This document shows positions 51,222 to 63,103 of a stretch of 64,000 nucleotides of DNA, in pieces (within the stretch, counting starts at the first letter, position 1; each line of letters begins with the position of its first letter). Made by a program: the position numbers and the translations under genes. The notes beneath the pieces are model-generated. The model did not search any database and was not told the origin of the DNA. It saw nothing but the letters and a program-made list of their open reading frames with translations. Source of the stretch: an uncultured Chthonomonadaceae bacterium. GTDB taxonomy: Bacteria > Armatimonadota > Chthonomonadetes > Chthonomonadales > Chthonomonadaceae. The DNA is taken from assembly GCA_963817895.1 (NCBI GenBank), contig CAWFQB010000014.1, positions 32,001 through 96,000 of the forward strand. Direction: 5' to 3'.

Positions 51222-52928
51222 TTGTTAAAGCTCAGGCGTACCTTTCTTGGCTCGCTTCTCGTGGAAGAGGGCCTTATTTCGGCGCAGCAACTGGATGTGG
51301 CGCTGACCGAACAGCGGCGCTCCGATAACAACAAGCGCGTCGGCGAAATTCTTGTTGGACTGCGTTTTATCTCGGAGCCGGATTTACTGCGCATCCTGTC
51401 GCGGCAACTCGACTGTCCGATTATTGATCTGGGCAAAGAGCCGCCGGACCCCTCCGCGCTGGAAATCGTTCCCGGTGAGTTCGCCCGCCTGCATCATTTG
51501 ATTCCCATTCGCCGCAACGATGATACGCTGGTCGTGGCAATGGCCGATCCCCTGGATATTCGCACACTGGATGATTTGCACCTGCTGACGGGTCTGGACA
51601 TCGCGCCCATGCTGGCGTCGAGCGCCGATATTCAGCGGGTTGGCGAACAGTTTTATATGTCCAAGATGATCGCGGGCGTTCAGGACGCCGAGCGGACTGT
51701 CGAAGACGAAGACAGCATGGACGTGGCCGACCTTCAGAAGATGGCGAAGGAAGAACTCGTCATTCAGATGGTCAACCTGATTATCAATCAGGCGATTCAA
51801 GACCGCGCCAGTGACATTCATATCGAGCCGTTTGATAAGGAACTGCGCGTCCGCTATCGCGTGGACGGCGTGTTGCGCGAAGTGAGTTCGCCGCCCAAGC
51901 GGTTCCATGCTGCTGTGGTTAGCCGCATTAAAATTTTGGCCGATATGAATATTGCCGAACGCCGCCTGCCGCTTGACGGACGTATCCGTATCAAAAGCGC
52001 GGGGCGTCAGATTGACCTGCGCGTCTCCACCCTGCCGACGATGTACGGCGAAGGCGTGGTTATGCGTATTCTGGACAAGCAGACCGCTATGCTCGGCCTG
52101 ACCGAACTGGGCATGGAACGGGGCATGTTCGGCATCTTCAAGCGTCTGATTCAGGAACCGCACGGCATTATTCTGGTTACGGGGCCGACGGGGTCCGGTA
52201 AGACAACCACGCTGTACGCCAGCCTGAGCGAAATTTATAGCGTTGAAAAGAAGATTATTACGGTCGAAGACCCCGTCGAGTACCAGTTGAACGGCATCAA
52301 TCAGGTACTTGCGCAGCCGCATATCGGCCTGACATTCGCCAATACCCTGCGTTCCATTGTGCGCCAGGACCCCGACATCATTATGATCGGTGAAATCCGC
52401 GACAAAGAAACGGTAGACATCGCGATTCAGGCCGCGCTGACAGGCCACCTTGTATTCTCCACGCTGCACACCAACGACGCGGCGGGCGCGGTCAGCCGTT
52501 TGCTGGATATGGGCGCGGAACCGTTTCTGGTTGCCAGTTCCCTGATCGGCACAATTGCGCAGCGCCTCGTCCGTATGAATTGCACGCGCTGTCGTCAGCC
52601 TTATGAAGAAAAGCCGGAAGTGCTGGCAGAAATCCATATTGACCCGGCCATGCTGAAACGCGAACCGCTGATGCGGGGCGTAGGCTGCCCGGAGTGTCGG
52701 GGAACGGGATTTAAGGGACGCAGCGGCATTTACGAGATGATCGCGGTAGACGAAAGCATCCGCCGCATGATTACCGCCCGCGAACCCGCAACGCACATCA
52801 AGCAATATGCCCAAAAAGAGCAGGGCATGGTTTCCATGCTGATGGACGGGCGCGAAAAAGTGCTGCAAGGCGCGACAACCATTCAAGAAGTGCTGCGCGT
52901 CTGCCAGCGCGAAGATTTCGATGCCTGA
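51222..52928 (+). CDS. gspE: GspE/PilB secretion ATPase
   Basis: MshEN-like N-terminus (LGSLLVEEGLIS), ASDIHIEP, GPTGSGKTT, EDPVE, RQDPD, GEIRD, TGHLVFSTLHTN, CxxC pairs; TTG start after AGGAG. Confidence 0.95.
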   Translation: MLKLRRTFLGSLLVEEGLISAQQLDVALTEQRRSDNNKRVGEILVGLRFISEPDLLRILSRQLDCPIIDLGKEPPDPSALEIVPGEFARLHHLIPIRRNDDTLVVAMADPLDIRTLDDLHLLTGLDIAPMLASSADIQRVGEQFYMSKMIAGVQDAERTVEDEDSMDVADLQKMAKEELVIQMVNLIINQAIQDRASDIHIEPFDKELRVRYRVDGVLREVSSPPKRFHAAVVSRIKILADMNIAERRLPLDGRIRIKSAGRQIDLRVSTLPTMYGEGVVMRILDKQTAMLGLTELGMERGMFGIFKRLIQEPHGIILVTGPTGSGKTTTLYASLSEIYSVEKKIITVEDPVEYQLNGINQVLAQPHIGLTFANTLRSIVRQDPDIIMIGEIRDKETVDIAIQAALTGHLVFSTLHTNDAAGAVSRLLDMGAEPFLVASSLIGTIAQRLVRMNCTRCRQPYEEKPEVLAEIHIDPAMLKREPLMRGVGCPECRGTGFKGRSGIYEMIAVDESIRRMITAREPATHIKQYAQKEQGMVSMLMDGREKVLQGATTIQEVLRVCQREDFDA

Positions 52929-52936
52929 GTACGGCC

Positions 52937-53578
52937 TTGTACAAAGATGAAAACTGGACAGGCCGTGATTCTTCGCCGGAAACAATTCGGCAAGGTACTG
53001 CGCGTATGGAGGAACATCCTCAGTATGCGCAGACGATTGCCGATATTGAGGCGCGTGGCTACAAAGTTATCTTCGTGGAAGGCGCGGCTTGTGTTGTTGT
53101 GCGCGAAGTGGTGAATCAACAAGGTGAGCCATTGCGTATAGAACGTGAGGTGCAGGTACGTTCCGGCATGGCTTATCTTGATCTGGAACACGAGATCGGG
53201 CATTTGGATCAGATCGAGCATCGGCTTAAAGAGGAGATGCTGCCTACAGAACGTGTTCTCGAATCAGGCAGGCAATCATCGGATCGTCAAAACTTGTATG
53301 AGGATTGGATGAACGACATCTCCGAGTACCATAACCGGCTTGTCGAATACAAGCGGTTGTACGCGCTTGGCGTAGATACGGATGTTCTGGAAGCACATGT
53401 TCAGGGTGTGCGTAACTGGCGTGAGGAATACAAGAAGATAATGCGAGTGGCGCTGCGCGGCTCAAGCAGAGCGGGAAAACGGGTAGTCTGGGCGCACAAG
53501 TTCTTTCCTGATATTGCCGAGTTGGAGATGTTTTATCAAGATGCAGGGGGTGACAAACTTGAGACCGACCCCCGTTGA
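52937..53578 (+). CDS. Hypothetical protein with HExxH (HEIGH) zincin-like motif
   Basis: YLDLEHEIGHLDQ and downstream ISEYHNRL; possible true start ATG 52921 with frameshift. Confidence 0.7.
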   Translation: MYKDENWTGRDSSPETIRQGTARMEEHPQYAQTIADIEARGYKVIFVEGAACVVVREVVNQQGEPLRIEREVQVRSGMAYLDLEHEIGHLDQIEHRLKEEMLPTERVLESGRQSSDRQNLYEDWMNDISEYHNRLVEYKRLYALGVDTDVLEAHVQGVRNWREEYKKIMRVALRGSSRAGKRVVWAHKFFPDIAELEMFYQDAGGDKLETDPR

Positions 53579-53635
53579 TTGACCCAATGTGGTTGTGCCG
53601 GAATGAAGTGAGTAGTGGGGTGGAGCAAACTCAGT

Positions 53636-54199
53636 ATGGATTTGGCGACTCAAAAAGAGATTCTGTTACGAGTACGGGAAGAATCGGACGAAATGTTCGG
53701 GACGGAACCGGAGGAACGCGCCCTTTACACAGGCATTTTCCATGTACGTCTGAATGCGACAGTACAAATTACATTTGTTCCCCGCTTCGAGCGCGATGTG
53801 AACAGTTGGCCTCCTGTGTTGCCGCCCGTAAATGGATTAATGTTTCCGGTAACAAATGTGCAGCAAGCGCGTTTGCTAACCGCTGCGCTTGAGGATTATA
53901 CGGTGACGGTGGGAACCGCGCATGAGTGTGAGGAAGCGCCCTTTTTATTGCCCGGTTTTGATGACGTGCCGCAGCATGAAGGCATTCTGTATTTGGTTAC
54001 ACAGAATATTTTTACGCAGTTTCAACGCGAACTTGCCGATGTTGCCGAAACTACGCCGAACGTTTATTCAGGGCGCCTCTTGTCGGAGTTACAGGACAAA
54101 GGCTTTGTGCAATATTTGCTGTCAAAAGTAATCTGCTCACCATACTTCCGAAAGGCGGATGCGTGGGCGTTGCACGAGCGGACTTTGCTCACAAAATAG
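53636..54199 (+). CDS. Hypothetical protein (candidate partner/immunity protein)
   Basis: ATG with GGAG RBS; no recognised motif. Confidence 0.65.
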   Translation: MDLATQKEILLRVREESDEMFGTEPEERALYTGIFHVRLNATVQITFVPRFERDVNSWPPVLPPVNGLMFPVTNVQQARLLTAALEDYTVTVGTAHECEEAPFLLPGFDDVPQHEGILYLVTQNIFTQFQRELADVAETTPNVYSGRLLSELQDKGFVQYLLSKVICSPYFRKADAWALHERTLLTK

Positions 54200-54239
54200 C
54201 CTGCCACAATCTTTAGTATTTCGGAAGAGTGAAGAATAC

Positions 54240-55514
54240 ATGCCGGATTTTACCTATTTAGCGATGGACAAGGCGGGCAAGTCAACGACCGGCACGATAG
54301 CGGCCCGTGACAGCCAGGAAGCCGCCGTGAAAGTGCGCGCGCTTGGCGTGTACCCGACAAAGATAGCAAGCGGAGGCGGCAAAGCGCTTGCCAATGTCAG
54401 CAGCAACGGCGCGACTGCCGCGCTGAACGGAAAGCAGACAGCGACAACTACCGCCGCGCCGCCTGTCCGCAAAGGCAAGAAGATAACCCGCGTTCAGATA
54501 TTGCTGTACACGCGGGAAATGTCGGACTTGCTGGAAGCGGGTCTGCCGATGGATCGCGCGTTTTCAGTTCTGATTGACCAGACGGATAGCGAGTCCCTGC
54601 GGGCGATGCTGGTGGCGATGCAGGGCGATATTCGCGCCGGACAGCCGCTTTCGGACGCGCTGAAAAAGTTTCCGCGCGAGTTCACCCTTTTGTATGCCAA
54701 CATGGTTCATGCGGGCGAAGTGTCCGGGCAGCTTGCCAGCGTTATGACGCGGCTTGCCGACTTTATGGAGAAAGAGCAGGTTCGGCGCAGTCAGGTGATG
54801 GCCGCGCTGACCTATCCCCTCGTGTTGATTGGCGTGGCGGTTCTGGCGGTGACGTTTCTGCTGGTTTTTGTTATCCCCATGCTTTCCGGCGTGTTCAAAG
54901 ACCTGGGTTCGGAACTGCCGATAACGACCGTGATTTTGCTTGGTACCTCCAATTTCCTCAAAAACTACTGGTATGTAGTAATTTTGACTATCGGGGGGAT
55001 TGTCATGGGGTTTCGGACGTGGCTGCGGACGGCAAGTGGACAGGCGACCTTTGACCGTTTCCGCATGAAAATGCCGCTCCTTGGCGTTCTGAACCAGAAG
55101 ATTGTGGCGGCGCGACTGGTGCGAACATTGGGAACGTTGCTTGGCGGCGGCGTACCCATACTGGAATCGATGGAAATCGCGGCCTCCGCATTGGGCAATG
55201 TGGTAGCGACCGAAGCCCTGCTTGCGGCGCGGGCCGGTGTGCGGCAGGGGGAAACGCTGCACGAATCCATGGAAAAGACCGGCACGTTTCTGCCCATCGT
55301 GATGCACATGACAGCGGTTGGCGAAGAAACGGGGCGGTTGCCCAACATGCTGCTGCGCACGTCGGATACGCTGGACTTTGAGGTAGACAACGCGATGCGG
55401 CGGCTGACAAGCCTGATGGAACCGCTTGTCGTGCTGCTGATGGGCGGCTTTGTAGGCTTTATCGTGCTTTCCATTCTGCTGCCTATCTTCAAGGCGAGTA
55501 CGCTTGCCAAATAG
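54240..55514 (+). CDS. gspF: GspF/PilC inner-membrane platform protein
   Basis: MPDFTYLA, LLEAGLP, AGEVSGQL, ALTYP, LLGGGVPIL, VGEETGRL, LMEP. Confidence 0.95.
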   Translation: MPDFTYLAMDKAGKSTTGTIAARDSQEAAVKVRALGVYPTKIASGGGKALANVSSNGATAALNGKQTATTTAAPPVRKGKKITRVQILLYTREMSDLLEAGLPMDRAFSVLIDQTDSESLRAMLVAMQGDIRAGQPLSDALKKFPREFTLLYANMVHAGEVSGQLASVMTRLADFMEKEQVRRSQVMAALTYPLVLIGVAVLAVTFLLVFVIPMLSGVFKDLGSELPITTVILLGTSNFLKNYWYVVILTIGGIVMGFRTWLRTASGQATFDRFRMKMPLLGVLNQKIVAARLVRTLGTLLGGGVPILESMEIAASALGNVVATEALLAARAGVRQGETLHESMEKTGTFLPIVMHMTAVGEETGRLPNMLLRTSDTLDFEVDNAMRRLTSLMEPLVVLLMGGFVGFIVLSILLPIFKASTLAK

Positions 55515-55615
55515 ATTTCATTTGCCATTCTATTTCCCATGAGGGAAAATAGGAGTGTGTTTGACAGACGTTTTTGTTTCAGGAAAGTGGCCTGAGAACC
55601 AAAGGAGATACCAGA

Positions 55616-56077
55616 TTGAAACCATATACCCCCCTGACGCAGGGGCGTTCCCTGCACTCGCGCCGCCGACAGGGTTTTACCCTGATCGAAATTCTCGTCG
55701 TAGTCGTGATTATCGCGGTGCTTGCGGCTGTGGTCGTCCCTAACGTTATCGGGCGCATCAAGGACGCCAAAGTGTCCGCCGCGATTGCCAACATCAAGTC
55801 GTTCGATAACGCCATCGACCAGTACAAGCTGGATACGGGACAGACGCCCGCCACGCTGGACGTGCTGACCACCAATCCGGGCAACCCCAAATGGAACGGT
55901 CCGTACTTCAAAGGCCAAAGCTCGATCCCGCCCGACCCGTGGGGCCATCCCTACATCTTTAAGGTTCCCGGCGACAACGGGCGGGACTATGACATCAGTT
56001 CCGGCGGGCCTAACGAGCAGGCTGGCGATGCCGATGATATCCGAAGCTGGGACATCGGGGGCAATGCCGGAAAGTAA
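55616..56077 (+). CDS. gspG: Major pseudopilin GspG
   Basis: QG/FTLIEILVV, YKLDTG, WNGPY, DPWGHPY, DDI; TTG start with AAGGAG. Confidence 0.93.
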   Translation: MKPYTPLTQGRSLHSRRRQGFTLIEILVVVVIIAVLAAVVVPNVIGRIKDAKVSAAIANIKSFDNAIDQYKLDTGQTPATLDVLTTNPGNPKWNGPYFKGQSSIPPDPWGHPYIFKVPGDNGRDYDISSGGPNEQAGDADDIRSWDIGGNAGK

Positions 56078-56081
56078 GTAT

Positions 56082-56207
56082 GTGGTTGGTGGTTGGTGAT
56101 TGGGGGCTGGTTGTATCAGCCATAAGCGCAGTCCTCTCAGGAACAACATGATGCGAGTCTACAACAAAAAACATTTGCCAACCACCAACCACCAACCACC
56201 AACCACC
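56082..56207. repeat. Inverted (TGGTTGG)/(CCAACCA) arms enclosing the gspH RBS/ATG
   Basis: gtggttggtggttggtgattgg / ccaaccaccaaccaccaaccaccaaccacc (reads PTTNHQPPTT). Confidence 0.85.
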
Positions 56208-56780
56208 ATGCGTAAAGGTTTTACCCTGATTGAAATGGTTATTGTCATCATCATCGTAGCGGTGATGACGAGCGTGATTGTGCCGGCGTATGCGCGATTT
56301 TATGCCCGGGCGAATTACGATGGACAGGTGCGGCAGGTGCAGGACGTATTCGCATACGCCCGGGAACAGGCGTTGCAGCGCGATACCAACGTGACGCTGA
56401 ATTTCAGCCCGCAAACGGAGAGTTTTGATGTGACGCTCCTACCGCCCCCGCCGCCAACCGACCAGCCAACAGCGTATGCCAACTCCAATGCAGATACGTC
56501 TACGCTGACACAGTCGCACACGGTTCAGCTGGCGAGTACGGTAGGCGTTGTTGGGTTCACGGCGACGGATACCAGTCAGGGGATTGTACCCGGCGGTTCC
56601 GCAAGCAGCTCCAGCGGCGGCAGGGGACTGACAACGGTCAATTTCCGCTCGGACGGCACATCGGATGGCGCGGAAATGACGGTCGTTAGCGCTGAAGGTA
56701 ATTTCTCCACCCATTTGATCCTGCACCCCGGCAATGCCCGTATGACGGTAGACGATGCGCAGTCCGGGCAGAATAGATAA
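56148..56780 (+). CDS. gspH: Minor pseudopilin GspH/FimT-like (start 56148 or 56208)
   Basis: KG/FTLIEMVIV, YAREQAL, FRSDGTS. Confidence 0.85.
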   Translation: MMRVYNKKHLPTTNHQPPTTMRKGFTLIEMVIVIIIVAVMTSVIVPAYARFYARANYDGQVRQVQDVFAYAREQALQRDTNVTLNFSPQTESFDVTLLPPPPPTDQPTAYANSNADTSTLTQSHTVQLASTVGVVGFTATDTSQGIVPGGSASSSSGGRGLTTVNFRSDGTSDGAEMTVVSAEGNFSTHLILHPGNARMTVDDAQSGQNR

Positions 56781-56793
56781 AAAACGTATTCAT

Positions 56794-56930
56794 CACAGAG
56801 GCACAGAGACACAGAGGTTTCACAGAGAAGAGCGGGAAAAGGCAGAAAATGAACAGCAAAAGGCTTCGTCCTAAATCGGTTGTGTCTCGTATTCCTCTGT
56901 GTTCCCTCTCTGTGTCTCTGTGTCTCTGTG
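56794..56930. repeat. Inverted (CACAGAGR)/(CTCTGTGT) arms enclosing the gspI ATG
   Basis: cacagaggcacagagacacagag / ctctgtgtctctgtgtctctgtg (reads SVSLCLCG). Confidence 0.88.
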
Positions 56931-57386
56931 GTGGAAGCCGATTTCCCCGCCGTCGCGCAAATGCGGGCTTTACGCTGGTTGAAATGATTGTGGCGACGGT
57001 GCTGCTGGCGGTGGGCGTGGTTGCTACGCTGGGAGCCATTCATGCAGCGGCGCAGACTACTCAGGCTGCGGATGGCGCGCAGATGTCCGCGCTACTGGCG
57101 CAAAAGCAGATCACGCAATTGGAACTACAGCCGGATCAATTATCGGGCGGGGATCAGCAGGGCGAGTTTGGGGATGAGTATCCCGGCTATAAATGGCAGC
57201 AGAGCGTGGAAGCAACGGATTACACCAACCTGTTCAAAGTCACTTTGACGGTGAGTTGGGGCGGTGGCAACGATCAGCACAAGCGCGAATATGTTACCTA
57301 TCTGAGCAACGGCCAGCAGATTACCAATCCAAATGGCGTCACGCCCGGAAGCGCGACGACAACGGGAACGCAGGGGAGTGGCACCG

Positions 57387-57394
<8 letters not shown>
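56849..57394 (+). CDS. gspI: Minor pseudopilin GspI-like
   Basis: AG/FTLVEMIVA, YKWQQSVE, VTLTVSW. Confidence 0.85.
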
Positions 57395-58391
<997 letters not shown>

Positions 58392-58468
58392 TTTAGGTTC
58401 TGTGTTCAATCTTGAACTTTTCTTGATTAAATTTACCTGTGTGGCACAGATGAAATGATGGACTGATA

Positions 58469-60352
58469 ATGGACAATGGAACGATTATAACCGCATATCG
58501 TCGCCGCGTTCGCGGGCAGGCGCTCGTCCCGGTCATTTTCATCATGCTGATTTTGACTGTTGTGGCCGTGTCCTCCGGCATTTCGGCAAGCCGCAGCGCG
58601 CATTCCGCCGGAAATTACGTCAATCAACTTCAGAGTTCGTATGCGGCGCGGGGCGCGATGAACTATGCCATGAGCGCGATTGCGCAGACGAGTAACAATG
58701 GCGCGTCGTATGGCATTGTGCCGCCGCTTCCCGATACGGATTCTAACGGTTGGGCGCAGATGGGCGATGCTTGGGTCAAGATCGAAGTGATTGATACAGG
58801 CGCGTTTCTGAACTTGAACAGCGTAAATCTTGCCACCTTGCAGCGGATGCCCGTATTTCGTGATAACCCCGATCTTGCGAACGCTGTCATAGCATGGCGC
58901 GGAATAAGTATAACGCAGCCTGCAACCGGGGCTGCGGGCGCAACGGGCGCGGCTGCTGCAACACCAGCGGCAACCGGGGACGATCCGTATCAGAGTTTGT
59001 CCACGCCGTACACGCTGAAAAACGCGCCTTTTGATACAGTGGAAGAGCTGCTGTTGGTGCAGGGCATGACGCCCACGCTGCTATATGGCAACGCAAGCGG
59101 GTCGCCAATATCCGCGCTGGATGCGGAAGCCGATGCCGCAAATGGCGTTACCTCGACAACAGCAAGTTCTTCATCCGGTTCTTCCGTGACCTCAACGGGT
59201 TCGCGGGGAGTGGGAATTTCCCGGCTGGCAAAAGTGTCACGGCAGGGCGCAGCGGGAACGGGCGCAAAGACAGGAACCTCGGCTGGAACGGGTACGACAG
59301 GAACGGGGGCGACGGGAACCGGCACAAATGGCACAGGCGCAACGGCAGCCGCCGAAGATTTCAGCGACATTTATACCGACAGCAAAGTGGTACTGGCGCA
59401 GCTCTTCACAACGGTATCGCGTGAGCGCAATGTGTCTACGGATGGCAACCCTCGGCTGAACGTCAACACGGCAACCGCGCAAAATTTTCAGGATCAACTC
59501 GGCCTGACCGCAGCGCAGGCGAATGGCATTATTCGTTTCCGCACACCACAAACGGGTGGCACGGGTGGGGGCGGGCAGGGCGGGCAGGCTGGCCGCCCCC
59601 GCCGCTCCCCGCGCTCCGGCAACAGGCGCAAACCTGCGCAGTGTGGATGATGCGTATTCCCTGACAAGGCAACTGGCAGGCGCGGGCGCGGCGGGCGCAG
59701 GCGGACAGGCACGGCCACCGGGACAGGAGCCGGGGGAACGGGCGCGCCTGGAATGCCCCGCCCAACAGCGCCCCAACCGTTGGGGGCGCGGCGCGGCCAG
59801 GTGGCGGGGCAGGAGCAGGAGCAGGCTACGACGACGCAGTCGTTCAAAACCATCGCGGATGTGCTGGAAGTCAATGCGTTTACTCGAACCGTGATGCAGC
59901 GCGTGGCCGACAAGTTGAGCGTGGATGATAAAGTTTTTCATGAAAACCTTGTCAATATCAATACCGCGCCTGCTGAAGTGCTGGCGGCTGTTCCCGGCAT
60001 GACGCACAACATTCTGAACGCTATTTTGAACTACCGGCAGGGCGGAACCTATTTTCAGGATATGGGCGATTTCTTTGCGCTTCAGGATTTGCAGCGCACA
60101 GATTTTCAAGCGGTAGTCGCCTACCTGACAACTAAAACCTCTACCTATTACGTCCATATCAAAGTGCGTTCCGGGGAGCAGCAAAGCACATATGCGGTTT
60201 CCGCAATGGTGGAAATGTCGGACAATGGCGCGCATGTGCTGCAATGGCGCGAAGTGCCTCGCGTACCCGGCTGGTCTACCTGGATCAAACCGCCCACTCT
60301 GCCGACCCCGACGCTGGGCCAGAACAGTTCCGGCGCGGCCAGCGCGCAATAG
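58469..60352 (+). CDS. gspK: GspK-like minor pseudopilin with helix-hairpin-helix motifs (frameshifts 59550-59800)
   Basis: RGQALVPV, LNLN, FDTVEELLLVQGMT, LNVNTA, VNINTAPAEVLAAVPGM, VLQWRE. Confidence 0.82.
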
Positions 60353-60359
60353 AAGAGAG

Positions 60360-60438
60360 AGTAGGTTGTAGGGAGTAGGAAGTAGGAAGCACGAATTCGT
60401 CTGATACCCTACTTCCTACACCCTACACCCTACACCCT
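60360..60438. repeat. Inverted (GTAGGRA)/(CCTACAC) arms at the gspK/pilM junction
   Basis: gtaggttgtagggagtaggaagtaggaag / ccctacttcctacaccctacaccctacaccct. Confidence 0.82.
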
Positions 60439-60458
60439 GATGTTTTGAAGGAGTTTCG

Positions 60459-63044
60459 ATGCGAACTAATGCTTCCGCCCGCGCCACCGCCGCCACATCC
60501 ACGATTGCGGTTGATCTTGGCGCAACCGCCGTGCGCGTGGTTGAGATGGATTTTGACGCCGCCGGACACGCGACGATTGGCGCGGCGCGGAGTTGCGCCC
60601 GTCCCGCCGGGATTGTGGAACGACCTGAGTTCCAATCGCGAGGCTTTGAGCAGCGCGATAACGCAGGCGCTTGCTTCGGCGGGTATTGCGGGCAAGGCGG
60701 TAGTCGCCTGCCTGCCGCGCCGACTGGTGACGATGCGGTTTGTGCGCCTGCCCCATGCGCCGCCCGAAGCAATGCGCGGCATGGTGGAATTTGAAGCGCA
60801 GCAGTATGTGCTTTTCCCGCTGGATGATGTGATTCTCGATTACCATGTCGTCACCACGCCGATGGATGCGGCGGGGCTGGGCGCGGACGATATGGATACC
60901 GTCCTGCTTGCCGCCGCTCGCCGTTCGCTTATTGACGATATTATGGCCGTATTCGACCGGGCGGGTCTGGAACTGCTGCAATTGTCCGTGTCCGCGCTTG
61001 CGCTTGCGGAAAACGCCCGCGACAGTCTGGAACCGACCGCGCTGATTGACGTGGAACCGGGCGAACTGGATGTGGCTGTGGTTGCGGATGGACAAATACT
61101 GTTTACCCGCGCTTCCGCTCTGGACATTGCGAATGTTCGCCCGGAAGTTGCCGAGCGGCGTCGAGGTGGAGGAGGTTCTGCGCTCCTTTACTTCCTACCA
61201 GAATGAGTTTCGGAATCGTCCTCTGGCGCATGTTTATATCGGGGGCGAAAGCGCGACAGGAACGGCTGCGGAGGGATTGCAGCGTGCGCTGACGGAAATG
61301 CTGGAAATGGCGGTCACGCCGCTTGTGCCGCGCGGCGTTGGCGGCGGGGATGGAGAAGCGCGGGCGTGGGCGACGGCGATCGGCATGACCCTGCAATCTC
61401 GCGCCGGGCAGCATTGCGCCCATCAGTCTGGTTCCCAACGAACGGGCGATGCGCAAAGCGAATCAGGCGAAACAGCGGCGGCAGCAATTGATGGCGCTTG
61501 CGGGTACGGCGGCAACAGTGGCCGCTTGCTTCGTGGGCTGGCAGGCGTATAACAGCGCACAGAAAAATGCGGTTCTGACGGTTGCGGCAAACAAGGACTT
61601 GCAGACTGTCAACGATAAGGTGAAGAAACTCAAGTCGTCGCATGACAAGATTCAGACCATTGCCGAAGAAGTGGGGGGTGGGCTGGATCGCAACCATCCT
61701 TCGGTAGATGTGCTTTACGCGCTGAACGCCGCTTTACCGGCAGCGGCAGACATCTGGCTGACGCAGTTTCAGTTTGAACGGGGCGGACTGCTCACGTTGC
61801 ACGGCGAAACCAAGCGGGCATTAGAAGCCACGCAACTGGTGCTGTCTCTGCAAAAATCCGGCGCGTTTACGGATGTTCGGCTGACGTATGTGGGCGACTC
61901 GCAGGACAACTCGCCTGCAATGAATCCGGCTCCGGCTCCTACTCCCACAACGACGGTAACGACAATCTCAACTCCTGTCGCGCCTGTTGTGCCGACTTTG
62001 CCTGCCCCGGCCTCTTTCGGAGGTTTTCCGGGCGGCGCGGGTGGCTTTAATCCCGGCGCGGGCGGACGTTTTGGCGGCAACGGGCAGGGGCCGACCGTGA
62101 TTACTCCTTCCAATGGCGCGACGTTTACTCCGCCCAACGGGGCCAATTTCCCCACGCCCAATGGCGGAAACCCTAATTTCCCGAATGGAGGCGCTTCCTT
62201 CCCGGTTCCGGGCGGCGTCGCGCCTAATGGCGTGAATATTCAGGGGAGTGGGAATATACAATTTACGCCGAACGATCCGAATCAGCCGAACCCTGGTTTT
62301 CAGGGCGCTCCTCAGCCGTTCATTCCGCCCACGCCCATCCCCGCGCCTGTTCCCGGCGGCACATCGGCAGCTCCGGCAAGTCGCAGCCGACAGGCCGGTT
62401 TGGAGGGCGAAGGCGGGAATTTGATACTGGCAGGCTGGCAGGGGCCTGTGGATAACGGCGGCGGAAATGGCGGAAACGGAAACGGCGGTAATGGGAACGG
62501 GGGGAACGGCAACAGGGGAGGACGCGGCGGTGGACGCCGTAATCGGGGTAATGGCGGCAATTATCCGAATTTTGATCCGAATGCAACCGGGGGCAACTTC
62601 AATCCGGGGAATAATGGCGGCAATAATCCGGGCAGCAACCCCGGCAGCGTGAACAGCAGTGCGCCGACGTACAGCACCGGCAGCATTTTCGGGGCTACGC
62701 CGAGCAACCCGAATGTGAACACGCCTCCTGATCCGAACGCTAACCAGAATCCGAACTTTCCGAATCCGAACTTTCCGGGCGGGAACCGGAGATTTAGAAA
62801 TGGCTTCGGCGGGGGCGGTTTTGGCGGCAATCCGCTGAGTGCGCCCCTCACCACGCCGCCGGGGGGAATTCAGCGCGTAACCCGCAAAATCGTCACGCCG
62901 GTACGCCCGAAGACAAATCCACCGAAACAAACCCTCACGAGCTTCGTCATTACCTGTCGAGTGAACATGAAACGCGCGGATTTAGTGCCTGCCGGCGCAA
63001 CCATCCCGACATCGGCAAATAAGCCGAAACACGGCTGCGGGTAG
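60459..63044 (+). CDS. PilM(actin-like)-PilN fusion (GspL-like) with long low-complexity insertion (frameshifts near 60570, 61160, 61410)
   Basis: IAVDLGATAVRVV, FEAQQYVLFPLDDVILDY, LIDV, VYIGG, SLVP, TM helix, IWLTQF, LTLHGE, SGAFTDVRL...FVITC; AAGGAG RBS. Confidence 0.75.
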
Positions 63045-63103
63045 CCGGGGCGGAACAAAGCGCGCAGGCGGCGCGAACACTGCTGTAGACAACGGGGGCG
63101 ACA

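Noticed and set aside
51384..52985. Long antisense ORFs (533 aa opposite gspE, 348 aa opposite holA and others)
   Set aside because: Shadow ORFs of GC-rich coding strands with no motifs
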